A DNA stretch of 63,384 nucleotides, filler included, from Licmophora abbreviata (lineage: Eukaryota), in NCBI GenBank assembly GCA_900291995.1. It is 10 parts of 10 records of this genome, joined end to end, with 100 filler letters (N's around TTAATTAATTAA, not from the genome) between each part and the next. Parts side by side here need not be neighbours in the genome. Positions count along the whole stretch, not along the records: positions 34,578 to 42,404 come from OLMU01002665.1; positions 42,505 to 44,867 come from OLMU01002666.1; positions 44,968 to 47,029 come from OLMU01002667.1; 7 more parts are not named here. One strand, 5' to 3'. The stretch's first letter is position 1, and each line of letters begins with the position of its first letter. A program made the translations under genes and the position numbers. This document shows, one piece after another, positions 35,398 to 45,225 of the stretch. Below the pieces are notes generated by a model. That model was not told the origin of the DNA and made no database searches. It was given only the letters and a program-made list of their open reading frames with translations.

Positions 35398-36279
35398 CTA
35401 TTTCGATTCGTCGCGACTGTTTTTGCTGTTGTTGTTGAATTGAATCAAGGCGTCCGTAAAGAAAATTGTACATCCCACTGGAATCGCGACGGCCACCATA
35501 TTCTTGCCCATGCCTCGTACTAGAAATGAGTAGCCGAGCTCTTCGTATAAGGAGCGAATAGTCTGCAGTAAAGGCCGATTGGTCTTGAACATTTCGTTTC
35601 GAATCACGTCGAGCGGGTTAGTAAGGGCTGCGCCTGCCAAGCCGGCGGTAGCAGATTTATAGGCTGACCGCCATAATCGATCTGACTCCACCGTAGGAGA
35701 AGACGGATCTGGATGAGGCAATATGTGTTCCATGTAATCCTTGACAACGATAGCCGAACAGTACTTGGGGACTGTCTTGAGTATGCCAGCGCTGGTCCCG
35801 ACCCACAGTCCCCGGAGTCCGTGTTGCTGGTATATTCTTTGGATCGATGCCGTCATGTTGGGTAGTTTCGTTTCTGGATTCTGCAACGTAATACTGGCTC
35901 GTACTAGCGGCTGATTGACGCACTGCACCGCCGTACTGACGACAAGAGGAGGCAATATTGTCGCCAGCACGTCCGATACTTGGTTCGTACTCTGCAGCCA
36001 CTCCTTCCCCCGATCACTGCCATAGAAGATCGCCGCACGTGCCCACGTCATTCCAAGTACTGTTGCCACCATGCCCTTGTAGGGTGGCGCAAAGGCATAG
36101 AGATAGGGAGAAAGCGACGGAGGCACCGTACCAATGCCGGCAATTGTGATGGTCGAGACGCGAAAACCCGACTGTCCGACGGCAGAAGCCTTCCAGAGCG
36201 GGAAATTCAAGACAGCGGCCATTGCCGATGCCACCAAATATTCGGAGGGATGGTCTTTCGCACTGGAGCCTCCTGCCAT
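35398..36279 (-). CDS. Mitochondrial carrier family (SLC25) protein, divergent
   Basis: 293 aa with tripartite organisation: NFPLWKAS, NQPLVRAS, TNPLDVIRN; YQQHGLRGLWVG; LVRGMG. Confidence 0.85.
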   Translation of the reverse strand: MAGGSSAKDHPSEYLVASAMAAVLNFPLWKASAVGQSGFRVSTITIAGIGTVPPSLSPYLYAFAPPYKGMVATVLGMTWARAAIFYGSDRGKEWLQSTNQVSDVLATILPPLVVSTAVQCVNQPLVRASITLQNPETKLPNMTASIQRIYQQHGLRGLWVGTSAGILKTVPKYCSAIVVKDYMEHILPHPDPSSPTVESDRLWRSAYKSATAGLAGAALTNPLDVIRNEMFKTNRPLLQTIRSLYEELGYSFLVRGMGKNMVAVAIPVGCTIFFTDALIQFNNNSKNSRDESK

Positions 36280-36766
36280 TGTGGTGATTCAGAATCTCTG
36301 GGTCTCAAGTCTGAATAGACGAGTGCCGTCGTTGATGCGATTCGCGGCCATTGTGTCGCGATGATGATGTGGCCGGTTGTGAGAAACATCAAGTAGAAAT
36401 CTACAGGAGTTGTGTACTGCATGCGTGACGTTGGCAGAACTCTTTCCAAACACCTTTCTGGACCTCGTAGATCTCTTAGAGCTCGCACTTTGGTCATTGC
36501 TCCGCGCGAGAGACGCACCTCTCGCCAAACTGAAAACGCACACACGCAATGGCAAGAGGCCGCAACTTTGCATCGCCGACCACCTTTCTGCAAGCGCAAG
36601 ACTGTGTTTGACGCCCCTCACCACTCTCTGATAGCCCTGAATCACAACAGTGACGGTTGTGTGCGTTCGTGGCTTTCAAAACTCCTCACAACGCACATTG
36701 TTGGCACTGCATTGGTCAAGCATCTCTCGCTCGTAGAACTCACGTACAATCACTACCGCCACGATC

Positions 36767-38695
36767 ATGCCCCGCCGAGACCCCTTTCCCATGTCCTCGC
36801 CGCAGGCGCAGCGCCTTGCCGAATCCGTTGAAGGCGAACGAAGTGACGACTGGCACAACATGAACACGGAAACACAGGGTCCACGAGGAGCTGCAGCAGC
36901 TGCTGCCGGAGACGAAGACCGCGACCGCGAGAGCCTCATGCGTTCCAAGGGCAAAAAGAAGAAGCAAGCGACGGATGACATTTACGAACATGCCGATGCG
37001 ATCGACAGTGACGATGAAGACGACGAAGACGCCTTCTTTGATCGTCCCCTCTCGGCCTTGCGTGGATCTCCCATGGAACGGACCTTCGAGCGCGTCACCA
37101 GAACCCTCCAAAAGATCTACATTCGGCTCTACGGAGATCACCTGCCGCCGTCGGAGATGCTGCGCACGCTCTGTCTGGCGTCGACGCTCTTTTTCATGAT
37201 TGGCGGCTACTGGCTCCTGCGATCACTCAAGGATCCTGTGCTTACGGCGCTTTGTGGCGTCAGCGTCATCCCGAAAGCGAAGATGCTCAGTGTCGTCGTC
37301 GTTTTGGTCGTCGTGTCCATTTACAACCGTCTCTTGGACAGTGACATTGCTCGTCACAAGCTCTTTTACATTTTCGGATCCTTCTACTTTTGCATGTTTA
37401 CCGTCATCTCTTTTTTACTCATGCACGAAACCATTGGACTGCCCAATCAACGTCAGAGTCCCTCACGTCTCTTGGGCTGGATCAGCTACTGCACGATCGA
37501 GTCTTTTGGTAGTGTCATGGTCTCCTTGTTTTGGTCCTTTGCCAATTCCAACGTCACACTCGAGACGGCCAAGGCCAGCTACGGTGTCATGGTGGCGACA
37601 GCGCAAGTCGGCAGCATCATTGGTCCTACCATTGTCAATCGCTATGCCAACACCATGGGCGTTGCCAAGTGCTACTTGATTGGTGCCATGTGCATGGTGT
37701 TGCTCCAGGGAACCATGTACACCTACATTCGCTTCTACGGAGCCGAGGAACGTAATGCTGCGACAACTGGAGCACCGAAAAAGAAACAACAAGCCAACGT
37801 TTTGGAAGGACTCGAATTGTTCTGGAAGCATCACTATGTCAAGGGCATATTTGCCATCAGCTGTCTCTTCATGGTCGAAGTGACGATTGTCGATTACACC
37901 ATGAAGGTTCTGGCGCGGGACTACTTTGCGGAGCTGCATCCATGTGAAGCATCCATGAGCTGCTGGGATACAACGGGCGCTGGAGATCATGGCATGTCGG
38001 AAGATGCGACTGCAGGCTTCACGACCTTCATGGGCCTCTTTGGACAAGCCACCAACACGTTGTCATTCTTGCTGAGTTTGTTCGGAACGAGCGCCGTCAT
38101 TCGCTACTTGGGACTGCGCCTGACGCTCTTGCTCTTTCCAACACTGTGCTTGGGAGTCATCATCTTTGTTCGCATCCGACCGACTCTATACGTCGTCTTT
38201 GCCGCAATGATGATGCTCAAAGCAAGTTCGTACGCTCTCAACAACCCCACCAAGGAAATGCTGTACCAGCCCACGAGTACGGCCGTGCGCTACAAGGCGA
38301 AGAGTTGGATTGACATTTTTGGCGCACGCGGCAGCAAGGCTCTGGGCAGTGTCGTGACGAATGCCTTTTCGGATTCGGCTCAAAGTCTCATTGCCAATGG
38401 CAGTATTGTCGGTATGGCAGTCGCGTCGTTTCTAATCTGGAATGCTCGGTTCATGGGGAAAAAGTTTGAGGAATACACGGAAACGGGACATATCGTGGGC
38501 ACCGACGAAGGCGCCGAAATGGCAGCGCAAGTAGAAGAGCAAGTTCAAATGGCGCAATTGCAAAGTGAAAACAAGGATACGTCGTGTGCCATCTACGAAG
38601 ACGAGGAGATCGGACCGGAAGAGGAGGGACAGGAATCCGATGGTGGCGCGGAGGCAGACGAAGACGAGGAGTCTCCAGATGGGGAAGGACGGTGA
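36767..38695 (+). CDS. TLC/NTT-family nucleotide transporter
   Basis: About 12 hydrophobic segments; motifs [52 protein letters not shown]. Start may be 36767 or 36791. Confidence 0.9.
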   Translation: MPRRDPFPMSSPQAQRLAESVEGERSDDWHNMNTETQGPRGAAAAAAGDEDRDRESLMRSKGKKKKQATDDIYEHADAIDSDDEDDEDAFFDRPLSALRGSPMERTFERVTRTLQKIYIRLYGDHLPPSEMLRTLCLASTLFFMIGGYWLLRSLKDPVLTALCGVSVIPKAKMLSVVVVLVVVSIYNRLLDSDIARHKLFYIFGSFYFCMFTVISFLLMHETIGLPNQRQSPSRLLGWISYCTIESFGSVMVSLFWSFANSNVTLETAKASYGVMVATAQVGSIIGPTIVNRYANTMGVAKCYLIGAMCMVLLQGTMYTYIRFYGAEERNAATTGAPKKKQQANVLEGLELFWKHHYVKGIFAISCLFMVEVTIVDYTMKVLARDYFAELHPCEASMSCWDTTGAGDHGMSEDATAGFTTFMGLFGQATNTLSFLLSLFGTSAVIRYLGLRLTLLLFPTLCLGVIIFVRIRPTLYVVFAAMMMLKASSYALNNPTKEMLYQPTSTAVRYKAKSWIDIFGARGSKALGSVVTNAFSDSAQSLIANGSIVGMAVASFLIWNARFMGKKFEEYTETGHIVGTDEGAEMAAQVEEQVQMAQLQSENKDTSCAIYEDEEIGPEEEGQESDGGAEADEDEESPDGEGR

Positions 38696-38785
38696 ACTCC
38701 TGTATAGGCAATGAATACATTCACCGCTTTTCACTATTATAGCAGTATAGACACGCCATGCAGTATTTGTACTACTACGATTACA

Positions 38786-39754
38786 TCACCATGCCATTCC
38801 CGCGACAGAGTCTTCCTGTGCCATTTGGCTCGGCTCTTCTTCATTCTCTTCTTCGTATTCGATTTCGATGCGTGTGCCTCGTCTTCGGTCGGGCTTCTTG
38901 GGTACCTTCTTTCTTGTCTCTGCTTCGCTGTCGGACTCAGATTCATCCGATTCGCTCTCCTCACTATCGAAATCTTGCTCACCGTCTTCTTCCTCGTCGC
39001 TATCGATCGATCCCCATTGTCCTCCTCCCAGATAATCAATATCTTCCAAGTCTTCTTCCTCGTCGTCCAGATCCTCCACGTACTCCACAACACCTTCATC
39101 TTCACTTTCACTCTCCTCTTCCATCTCTTGCTCGTTCAATTCCTCTTCTTCTACTGACTGCAGCGCTTTCTGATACGGCGTTTCTGGAAAATTGTAGATA
39201 TCACCATATGTTCCCTTGGCAAGTCGCTCCACAAGCTCCTTTTGAATCGATGTTTCCAGTTTTGCCGCCACAAGAGCCTTCCGTTCCCGTCGTTCGTCTC
39301 GTTGATCGATCTTGCGATGCATTCTCGACAGCTTGGCTTTCCGTCCCGCAAGTTCCTTAAGCTTGAGTTTGCGCATTCGAATTAGGTATTGGTGGATTTT
39401 CGTCAACCGCTGCTTGTTGCGGTGCACGAGCGCCTTTGGAAAGTAGGCGAGGTGTTCGTCCAACTGCGCCATGGCTTTGCTGTAGTTGCGTGACAGAACA
39501 ATCTTTTCCCACAAGTTCTTGGGCGAATGAGCACGTTCAACGGATTTCATGTAGAGGTGGGTCTTTCCCTGCTCTTCTCGAATGGTCGCATACTTGGAAT
39601 TGGATAAGGGACACGACGTTCGATTGCACAAGCCCGTGACGCTGTAAGGGTGCCGACAAAACAAAACCTTGTCCGACTTGGCTTTTCCGATGGAAGTCTT
39701 GTACGAACAGAACTGGTGATTGATCACCTGCCATATCATTTCATCGTGCTGCAT
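38786..39754 (-). CDS. MAK16: Protein MAK16 (60S ribosome biogenesis)
   Basis: MQHDEMIWQVINHQFCSYK, VTGLCNRTSCPLSNSKYAT, ERAHSPKNLWEK, KQRLTKIHQYLIRMRKL, GTYGDIYN, acidic tail with IEIEYE. Confidence 0.97.
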   Translation of the reverse strand: MQHDEMIWQVINHQFCSYKTSIGKAKSDKVLFCRHPYSVTGLCNRTSCPLSNSKYATIREEQGKTHLYMKSVERAHSPKNLWEKIVLSRNYSKAMAQLDEHLAYFPKALVHRNKQRLTKIHQYLIRMRKLKLKELAGRKAKLSRMHRKIDQRDERRERKALVAAKLETSIQKELVERLAKGTYGDIYNFPETPYQKALQSVEEEELNEQEMEEESESEDEGVVEYVEDLDDEEEDLEDIDYLGGGQWGSIDSDEEEDGEQDFDSEESESDESESDSEAETRKKVPKKPDRRRGTRIEIEYEEENEEEPSQMAQEDSVAGMAW

Positions 39755-40340
39755 GATGGCGGTGGCTTGGGAACGACGACAGCGAGGGAAAATGCGTAAA
39801 GGCCATGGACGCGGACATACACTGAGAACAAAAAGGTGGCAGATTTCTCATCTCTTGTTTTTTGATTTTCGTGGCTCTGGACGGTCCCAAGGAGAGGTTA
39901 GTTTCTACTCGTAGGTTCCAAATTCCTTTCTAACAATTCGTGACTCGTCGGGTGCATCTACAAGTAGCTGATGGGGACTCAAACTTTGAAACGACTTGCT
40001 AGCCTTTCTGCCGTCTCGAGTCATGAAACCTACACTCAGGAAACCTGCACTCTCTTACTTACACAAGGTACGCAGGTAGTACCAGGGGATAATGGCATGG
40101 CAGCATTGAGCAAGGCACCGGTCTCGAGCGGAGCAACGAAGTGCAGCTCCGCGGAGCCAGCCTGTCGGACTGCGTCCTTTGGAGCGAACAACCCGAGGGG
40201 TATTCCAAACGTTGCCCCAGCTTGAGTACACATAGTGGGACGTCTCTATTTCAAATACCAGAAGTTGTCTGCTACGTTAGCTATCGCTCCCACCAGCGAC
40301 GATCGACCATTTCTGATTATTAAAAAAGTAGAACCACCCC

Positions 40341-41498
40341 TCATTTTCCCTCGTCATCCTCCGCTCCAAAGAACTTGTCATGAATTATCCGCGCTTGTTT
40401 CTGAAGCGCTCGTTTATCTTTCTTTTGCGCCGTCAAGTCTCGGATGTATCCACAAAAAGCCTTTCTGCCTGTTGATAAAGTAACCTCCTGAACACCCAGT
40501 TCGACTTCAATTTCCGATCCGTCCTTGCGCCGCGCTTTGACCTGCCGTTTGCGTCCAATGATGTGCTTTATCCCAGTCTCTTTGTAATGCTGCATGTAGG
40601 CAGCATGCTTGCTGGCATGTCCGTCACCGCAAATCATGGAGATGTTGCTTCCTAGGAATTCTTCACGACTATAGCCAAACATTGCACATGCCGCGTCATT
40701 GACGAGCTTGATAACGCCAGCTTCATCAATTTCCAACATGCTATCAAAGGATGCGTTGATCATTCCTTGAGCTAGTGCTTGACGTTCTTGTATCTCCGCC
40801 TCGTGCTGTCTGAGGAGCGTCAGGTCCTTGAGGAACCCACAAAAGTACCGCTTTCCGGAAGAAGCGTCCGAAATCTCTTGAATTCCCAATTCACAGGGAA
40901 ACTCGCTTCCATCCTTTTTCATCGCAAGAATCTCGCGTTTTCGCCCAATGACCTTTTTGATGTCAGTCTCAATGTAGTTCTGCATGTACTGGTCATGATG
41001 TTTCGCATGTCCTCCTCCGCAAATCATACCAAGGGAATGGCCGACAAGTTCGCTTTCTGAGTAGCCAAACAATTCCGATGCGGCCTCATTCGCAGTACAA
41101 ATGACGCCAGTCTCATCAGCGGTCAGTACAGGATCAAAGGCATGATCGACGACCTCCCGAACACGCTCGTGCTTACTGCAAATGTACGCCGTGTAGTACT
41201 TCTGCTGACAGCAGGAACAACACTGCAGAGTAGTCAGATTGATGTTCCGCTCTGTGCGTGTCGTCTTGCCATCCTTCATGACAACACGACAGTGTTCCAC
41301 GCTTCTAAAGTCCTTGTCGTGGAGCACGAGCAAGTCCGTCACGTGGAAAGAGTCCTTCAAAAAGTGATTTGCAGCTCCGTTCTTGTGCAGGACGGTGCCA
41401 TCGTCGGCGATCAAGATGGCTCGTTCCGAGGCTCCGTCCAGGACAGTCGAGAGCAGCTTGGCTGTCTCACACAAAACACAGGCCTCCGCAGATGCCAT
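40341..41498 (-). CDS. Multi-PAS sensor protein (one degenerate PAS plus two FixL-like PAS), no output domain
   Basis: Two repeats of D..G.I...N.AA..(L/M)FGYS..E..G.....I.....H..Y...Y..T.....IG..R......KDGSE...EL...E....F.G...DLT. Probable start ATG 41498. Confidence 0.9.
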   Translation of the reverse strand: MASAEACVLCETAKLLSTVLDGASERAILIADDGTVLHKNGAANHFLKDSFHVTDLLVLHDKDFRSVEHCRVVMKDGKTTRTERNINLTTLQCCSCCQQKYYTAYICSKHERVREVVDHAFDPVLTADETGVICTANEAASELFGYSESELVGHSLGMICGGGHAKHHDQYMQNYIETDIKKVIGRKREILAMKKDGSEFPCELGIQEISDASSGKRYFCGFLKDLTLLRQHEAEIQERQALAQGMINASFDSMLEIDEAGVIKLVNDAACAMFGYSREEFLGSNISMICGDGHASKHAAYMQHYKETGIKHIIGRKRQVKARRKDGSEIEVELGVQEVTLSTGRKAFCGYIRDLTAQKKDKRALQKQARIIHDKFFGAEDDEGK

Positions 41499-41840
41499 TG
41501 TGTGCAGTGAATACGAACAAGCCACGACGATGAGGCGCCGACAACAAAGAATCGTTCGGCGAGTGAGTCGCGACGAGTCTCAACGCGGAGAACACAGCGA
41601 GAGGCAACAGAGCACAGGTTCACGCGTGCGCGCGAGATGATCTCGTACGTATCGTATTTTTGTAGAGCTCTCGTCTCCCTTCAAACGAGCTCGCAAAAAT
41701 ATGAACGGCTTTACTTCGATGGGTAGCCGGTACTTCGCTCGAAGGGCCAGGAACAGCGCTTGCTGTATATTCATATGCTTTGCGTCTCTTCCAAATCAAC
41801 GAGGTTTTATATGTTTAAGATTGGTTCCGACTGTACATCT

Positions 41841-42404
41841 CTACCTATCAAAGTTCGATTGCTCCAGAAGGTGCCTCTGATACGCAATACCAGTGAGGAG
41901 CCGATCTGCGCCACCGACTGCTTTGAGAAATGGGTCTTGTTCTTCTTCCTCACTGTCGCTGCCACCCATTGGGTCGCCTCGAATCACTCTATCGCTCTTC
42001 TGACTTTCAACTATCTGGTCGCTGCCATCAGGACCCTCGTCGGCGTCACCCTCTCGCTCAACCGCTTCTTTCGCCACCTCCTTGGCTCCCTCTTGTTGCT
42101 TGACCAGTTTTCGTTCCAGAGATCGACGCTCTCTCAGTTTGATTCTTCGATTTTCACGCGCAAGTATTCCATCGATCGTCTCTGCCTCTTCCGACTCATC
42201 TGGCAATGCTGGTTCCTTGACGCACATGGCACATACCCGATGGCACTGCAGCTTGCCGGGTTGTTCCGCGTGCGGCGCATTCGTTTCACCACCACCGTCG
42301 TCGTCTTCGCCATCCACATCCTCGACTCGTATACGAGCAGTGGATTCCACAATGTCATTCGTCGTCACACCATCTGAAGCTTCTACCATGACGCGCCTCG
42401 CCCG
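41841..42404 (-). CDS. 3' part of a hypothetical protein (CxxC motif, basic/acidic coiled tail); 5' end lost in gap
   Basis: Open frame from the gap to the stop at 41841. HRVCAMCVKE loosely resembles the last CxxC of C9orf85/DUF2039 proteins (weak). Confidence 0.55.
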   Translation of the reverse strand, partial: RARRVMVEASDGVTTNDIVESTARIRVEDVDGEDDDGGGETNAPHAEQPGKLQCHRVCAMCVKEPALPDESEEAETIDGILARENRRIKLRERRSLERKLVKQQEGAKEVAKEAVEREGDADEGPDGSDQIVESQKSDRVIRGDPMGGSDSEEEEQDPFLKAVGGADRLLTGIAYQRHLLEQSNFDR

Positions 42405-42504
42405 NNNNNNNNNNNNNNNNNNNNNNNNNNNNNNNNNNNNNNNNNNNNTTAATTAATTAANNNNNNNNNNNNNNNNNNNNNNNNNNNNNNNNNNNNNNNN
42501 NNNN
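42405..42504. other. Artificial scaffold spacer
   Basis: N44-TTAATTAATTAA-N44. Confidence 0.98.
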
Positions 42505-42861
42505 TGCTTTTTGTTGTTCATGAAGTTCGAAATGCTTGCTGTGTCATGTCTCGTTGCGACAATCGCTGCGCGCCAGAATATGAGTGGCTGTCAGTGAAGG
42601 AATCCGGCATCTCAGTATCATGCGATGTATACTCCTGGTAGCCTCTTTGGTCGGAAGGATTTCGGAGAAAAGCGACGATGACGCAACGAACGACGACGCA
42701 GAAAACACAACGCCGCCGCGATGGTGAAGGAACAATGCTGCTTTGCAATCTCGAACTCAGAAGTAGTTCACAGAAGTACGAGGACGAAGAACTGAGCGAG
42801 GTACCGATTTGAACTCAATTCATTCAGGAAGGCAAGGGAGAAACTGTCATCAATCAGCACC

Positions 42862-43209
42862 ATGGTCCTTGGAAAGCAAGGGCTGAGACTGGAAGCGTGG
42901 AAATTTGGCGTCTACATCATCATTCCCATCGCCGCGTCTGTGTATTTCAATCATCCCGATCGCCAGAGATACTGGGCTGATTATTTTCAATTTCTGAAGT
43001 ACCCAAGCAATCCCAATACCAACCTCAAGGAGCAATTCGAAGATATGCGGAAAAGGGCAGAAGTGGAACAGGAACAGCGAAAAGAGTATGCCGAACAGAT
43101 GCAAAAGCTACAGGAAGCGGCTCAGAAGTCAAGACGAGAACGGGAAGAGCTAGCTGCAACAGAAACGCGACAGAGAGGGTGGCTCGGGTGGCGTAGATCA
43201 AACAATTAA
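42862..43209 (+). CDS. PET100: Pet100-like cytochrome c oxidase assembly factor
   Basis: N-terminal 'LEAWKFGVYIIIPIAASVYFNHP' pattern (LE.FKF..Y...P......N.P) followed by a charged coiled tail; 115 aa. Confidence 0.75.
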   Translation: MVLGKQGLRLEAWKFGVYIIIPIAASVYFNHPDRQRYWADYFQFLKYPSNPNTNLKEQFEDMRKRAEVEQEQRKEYAEQMQKLQEAAQKSRREREELAATETRQRGWLGWRRSNN

Positions 43210-43362
43210 ACGGGCTACTGAACAACATCGCCTTCGTTAGTCCAACTGTCGGAGTACATGCAGGGTTGCTCGGCGTTGAGACAGCCTATACCTGGCCTCT
43301 ACTAATAGAAGAGTCCCAGTGTTCTATAAAGTGAAATAGTACAATGTCCACAATCAGTATGT

Positions 43363-44978
43363 TTACCAGTAGGACATTCCTGCCTGACCATTCACATGTA
43401 TCCCCACCCCGCCTACTTCCTCGTCGCCTGGTCGCAACGTCGGTGGCCGCATGGTGAAGGCATCGGCGACATCCAACATGGACACCTTGGCGATCTGATA
43501 GAGCGGCATGAGTCGATAGGGTTCTTCAAACAGTACAGAAAGCTCGTCGAGTCCCAGCATGGCGTAGCCCACGGTTGTCGTAACGCATACCTGGGCGAGA
43601 CCGTTGAGTTGGGTTCCGAGCAACGCCATTGGAAGGAAGAAGAGGTAGAACATCATGAGGCGGGTACTAAATGCAACGTACACAGGTGGTGTTGGCGTGG
43701 ATCGGATTCGCTCTCCAACCATAATCACATTGTCGAGTTGCCTCAGATTGTCTTCTATGAGCCTGTGCTCTGTGGTGGATATTTGCTGTCGCTCGCTCAT
43801 GTCAAACATGATCTGCCGCAACCGCGCAATGATAGCCACGGGCTTCTTTCGTTGGCGAGCAACAAAGGAAGAGTCTGAGTTGGACGGTAGCATCGTGCGT
43901 AAGATGTCATCTTCGTCGGAATCGCGAAAGTGAGCTTTGAGTAGCCATGGTAGCAACGCAAGGTGTCGTGCTAGAAACAAGGAGAAAAACTCAGTTGTAG
44001 GTGCATCATCAAACGTGTATTACATACATACACTCGCAAGAGTCATCTGTGGAGTAAACCACACGTGATTTACTCACCTGCTAGAAGCCCAAGCTTCTTG
44101 TCTTTTGGGTAAATATATGTCGATAGTAGAAGGGCTGTGTCACGCGTCAGCAGGACAGCCTTTCCCATGGACCTTCTGCCTTCTTTGAGTCGGGTCAATC
44201 CTTGGTTGGATCTCAGGGTTTGGAGTGCGGCCACGAAGGTGGACACGAGTGACAGAGATGTCAACGGGATCTGTATTCGACCGAAGGCGCTCGGCGAACG
44301 TCCGAGTAGGGTTGCCACTATGGACCATGTTAGCAGCACAGACAGCTGAGGGAGTATCCGTCGCAAGAGTCGCGAGTTTGGAAGTCCACGAATGTATCGA
44401 AGGAATCTAAAGCGAGCCGAGTGCACAGCCCAGTCAGATTGTGTCCAATAATTCGTCAGTGTGAGCCGCCGCCGTCGAAACAATGCTATACACAAAATCG
44501 AAACAATGGGCAAAAGTGAGTTGATTTGTGGAACGTTTGAAAGTACTGTTGAGGGACGACCGAGATACTCACCGGGAATCTCTGGGTCGAGCTTGTCGCT
44601 TTTCAGATCTTTCAAGACGATTGCCACATCCTGAGAGAATTTATAAAGGTTGTCGTCAGCCTCGAAAGTAACGGCGTTGTCGCGACGGACGGCATTGTTA
44701 CGATTGATTGAGTCGTTCAGCAGATCGGGTGAGTCTGGCTGCTTTGCCGCCAATCGTAAGCAAGGTTTATGCAATCTCGAAGCTTTGGGAATGGGCCAAT
44801 GCAGCTGTGTTCTCAGGTACGTAGCCTGGAAAGAATCACAAGGACTTCTCAGAAGTAGAATGAAATTNNNNNNNNNNNNNNNNNNNNNNNNNNNNNNNNN
44901 NNNNNNNNNNNTTAATTAATTAANNNNNNNNNNNNNNNNNNNNNNNNNNNNNNNNNNNNNNNNNNNNGTCGGGAACAT
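43363..44978 (-). CDS. Bestrophin/UPF0187 (VCCN1/BST-like) anion channel, copy A, plastid-type presequence
   Basis: Exons 44978-[gap]-44573, 44485-44078, 43970-43363. Motifs W..H....RF, TLRSNQGLTRLKEGR, ERIRSTPTPPVY, LGLDELSVLFEEPYRLMPL; signal ends CDS-FQA. The start ATG lies across the gap (uncertain). Confidence 0.85.
44868..44967. other. Artificial scaffold spacer (within signal peptide of bestrophin copy A)
   Basis: N44-TTAATTAATTAA-N44. Confidence 0.97.
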
Positions 44979-45225
44979 GGTGTGGTGTAGTTTGCCTTCA
45001 GGCGATGCCATTGTGATTTTAATTGATGAGCACGTGATTGTGCATTTTTGGCCGTCCACCGCGGCGCGACCTCAATGACGTCATCCACGAATGTACTTCA
45101 CCCACGACTTACATTTCGAATCACTCTTCGCCCCCGACGAATGCATGCCTCTCTACTTCTTGTACGAGTACTTTACAAAAATTGAACTACGTTTACAGGC
45201 AATCATTGCAACGAGCCAATTCCTT

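Noticed and set aside
10425..39754. Functional cluster of ribosome-related genes (rlmN-like, MDN1, MAK16) with PAC-like GATGAG words upstream of rlmN (~10245) and MAK16 (~39845)
   Set aside because: The genes are interspersed with unrelated ones, the hexamer is common, and I saw none upstream of MDN1; chance is sufficient.
42505..42860. Short ORFs that might be the 5' end of the gene truncated at 42404
   Set aside because: No convincing coding signal or motif continuity; the real 5' exon is probably inside the gap.
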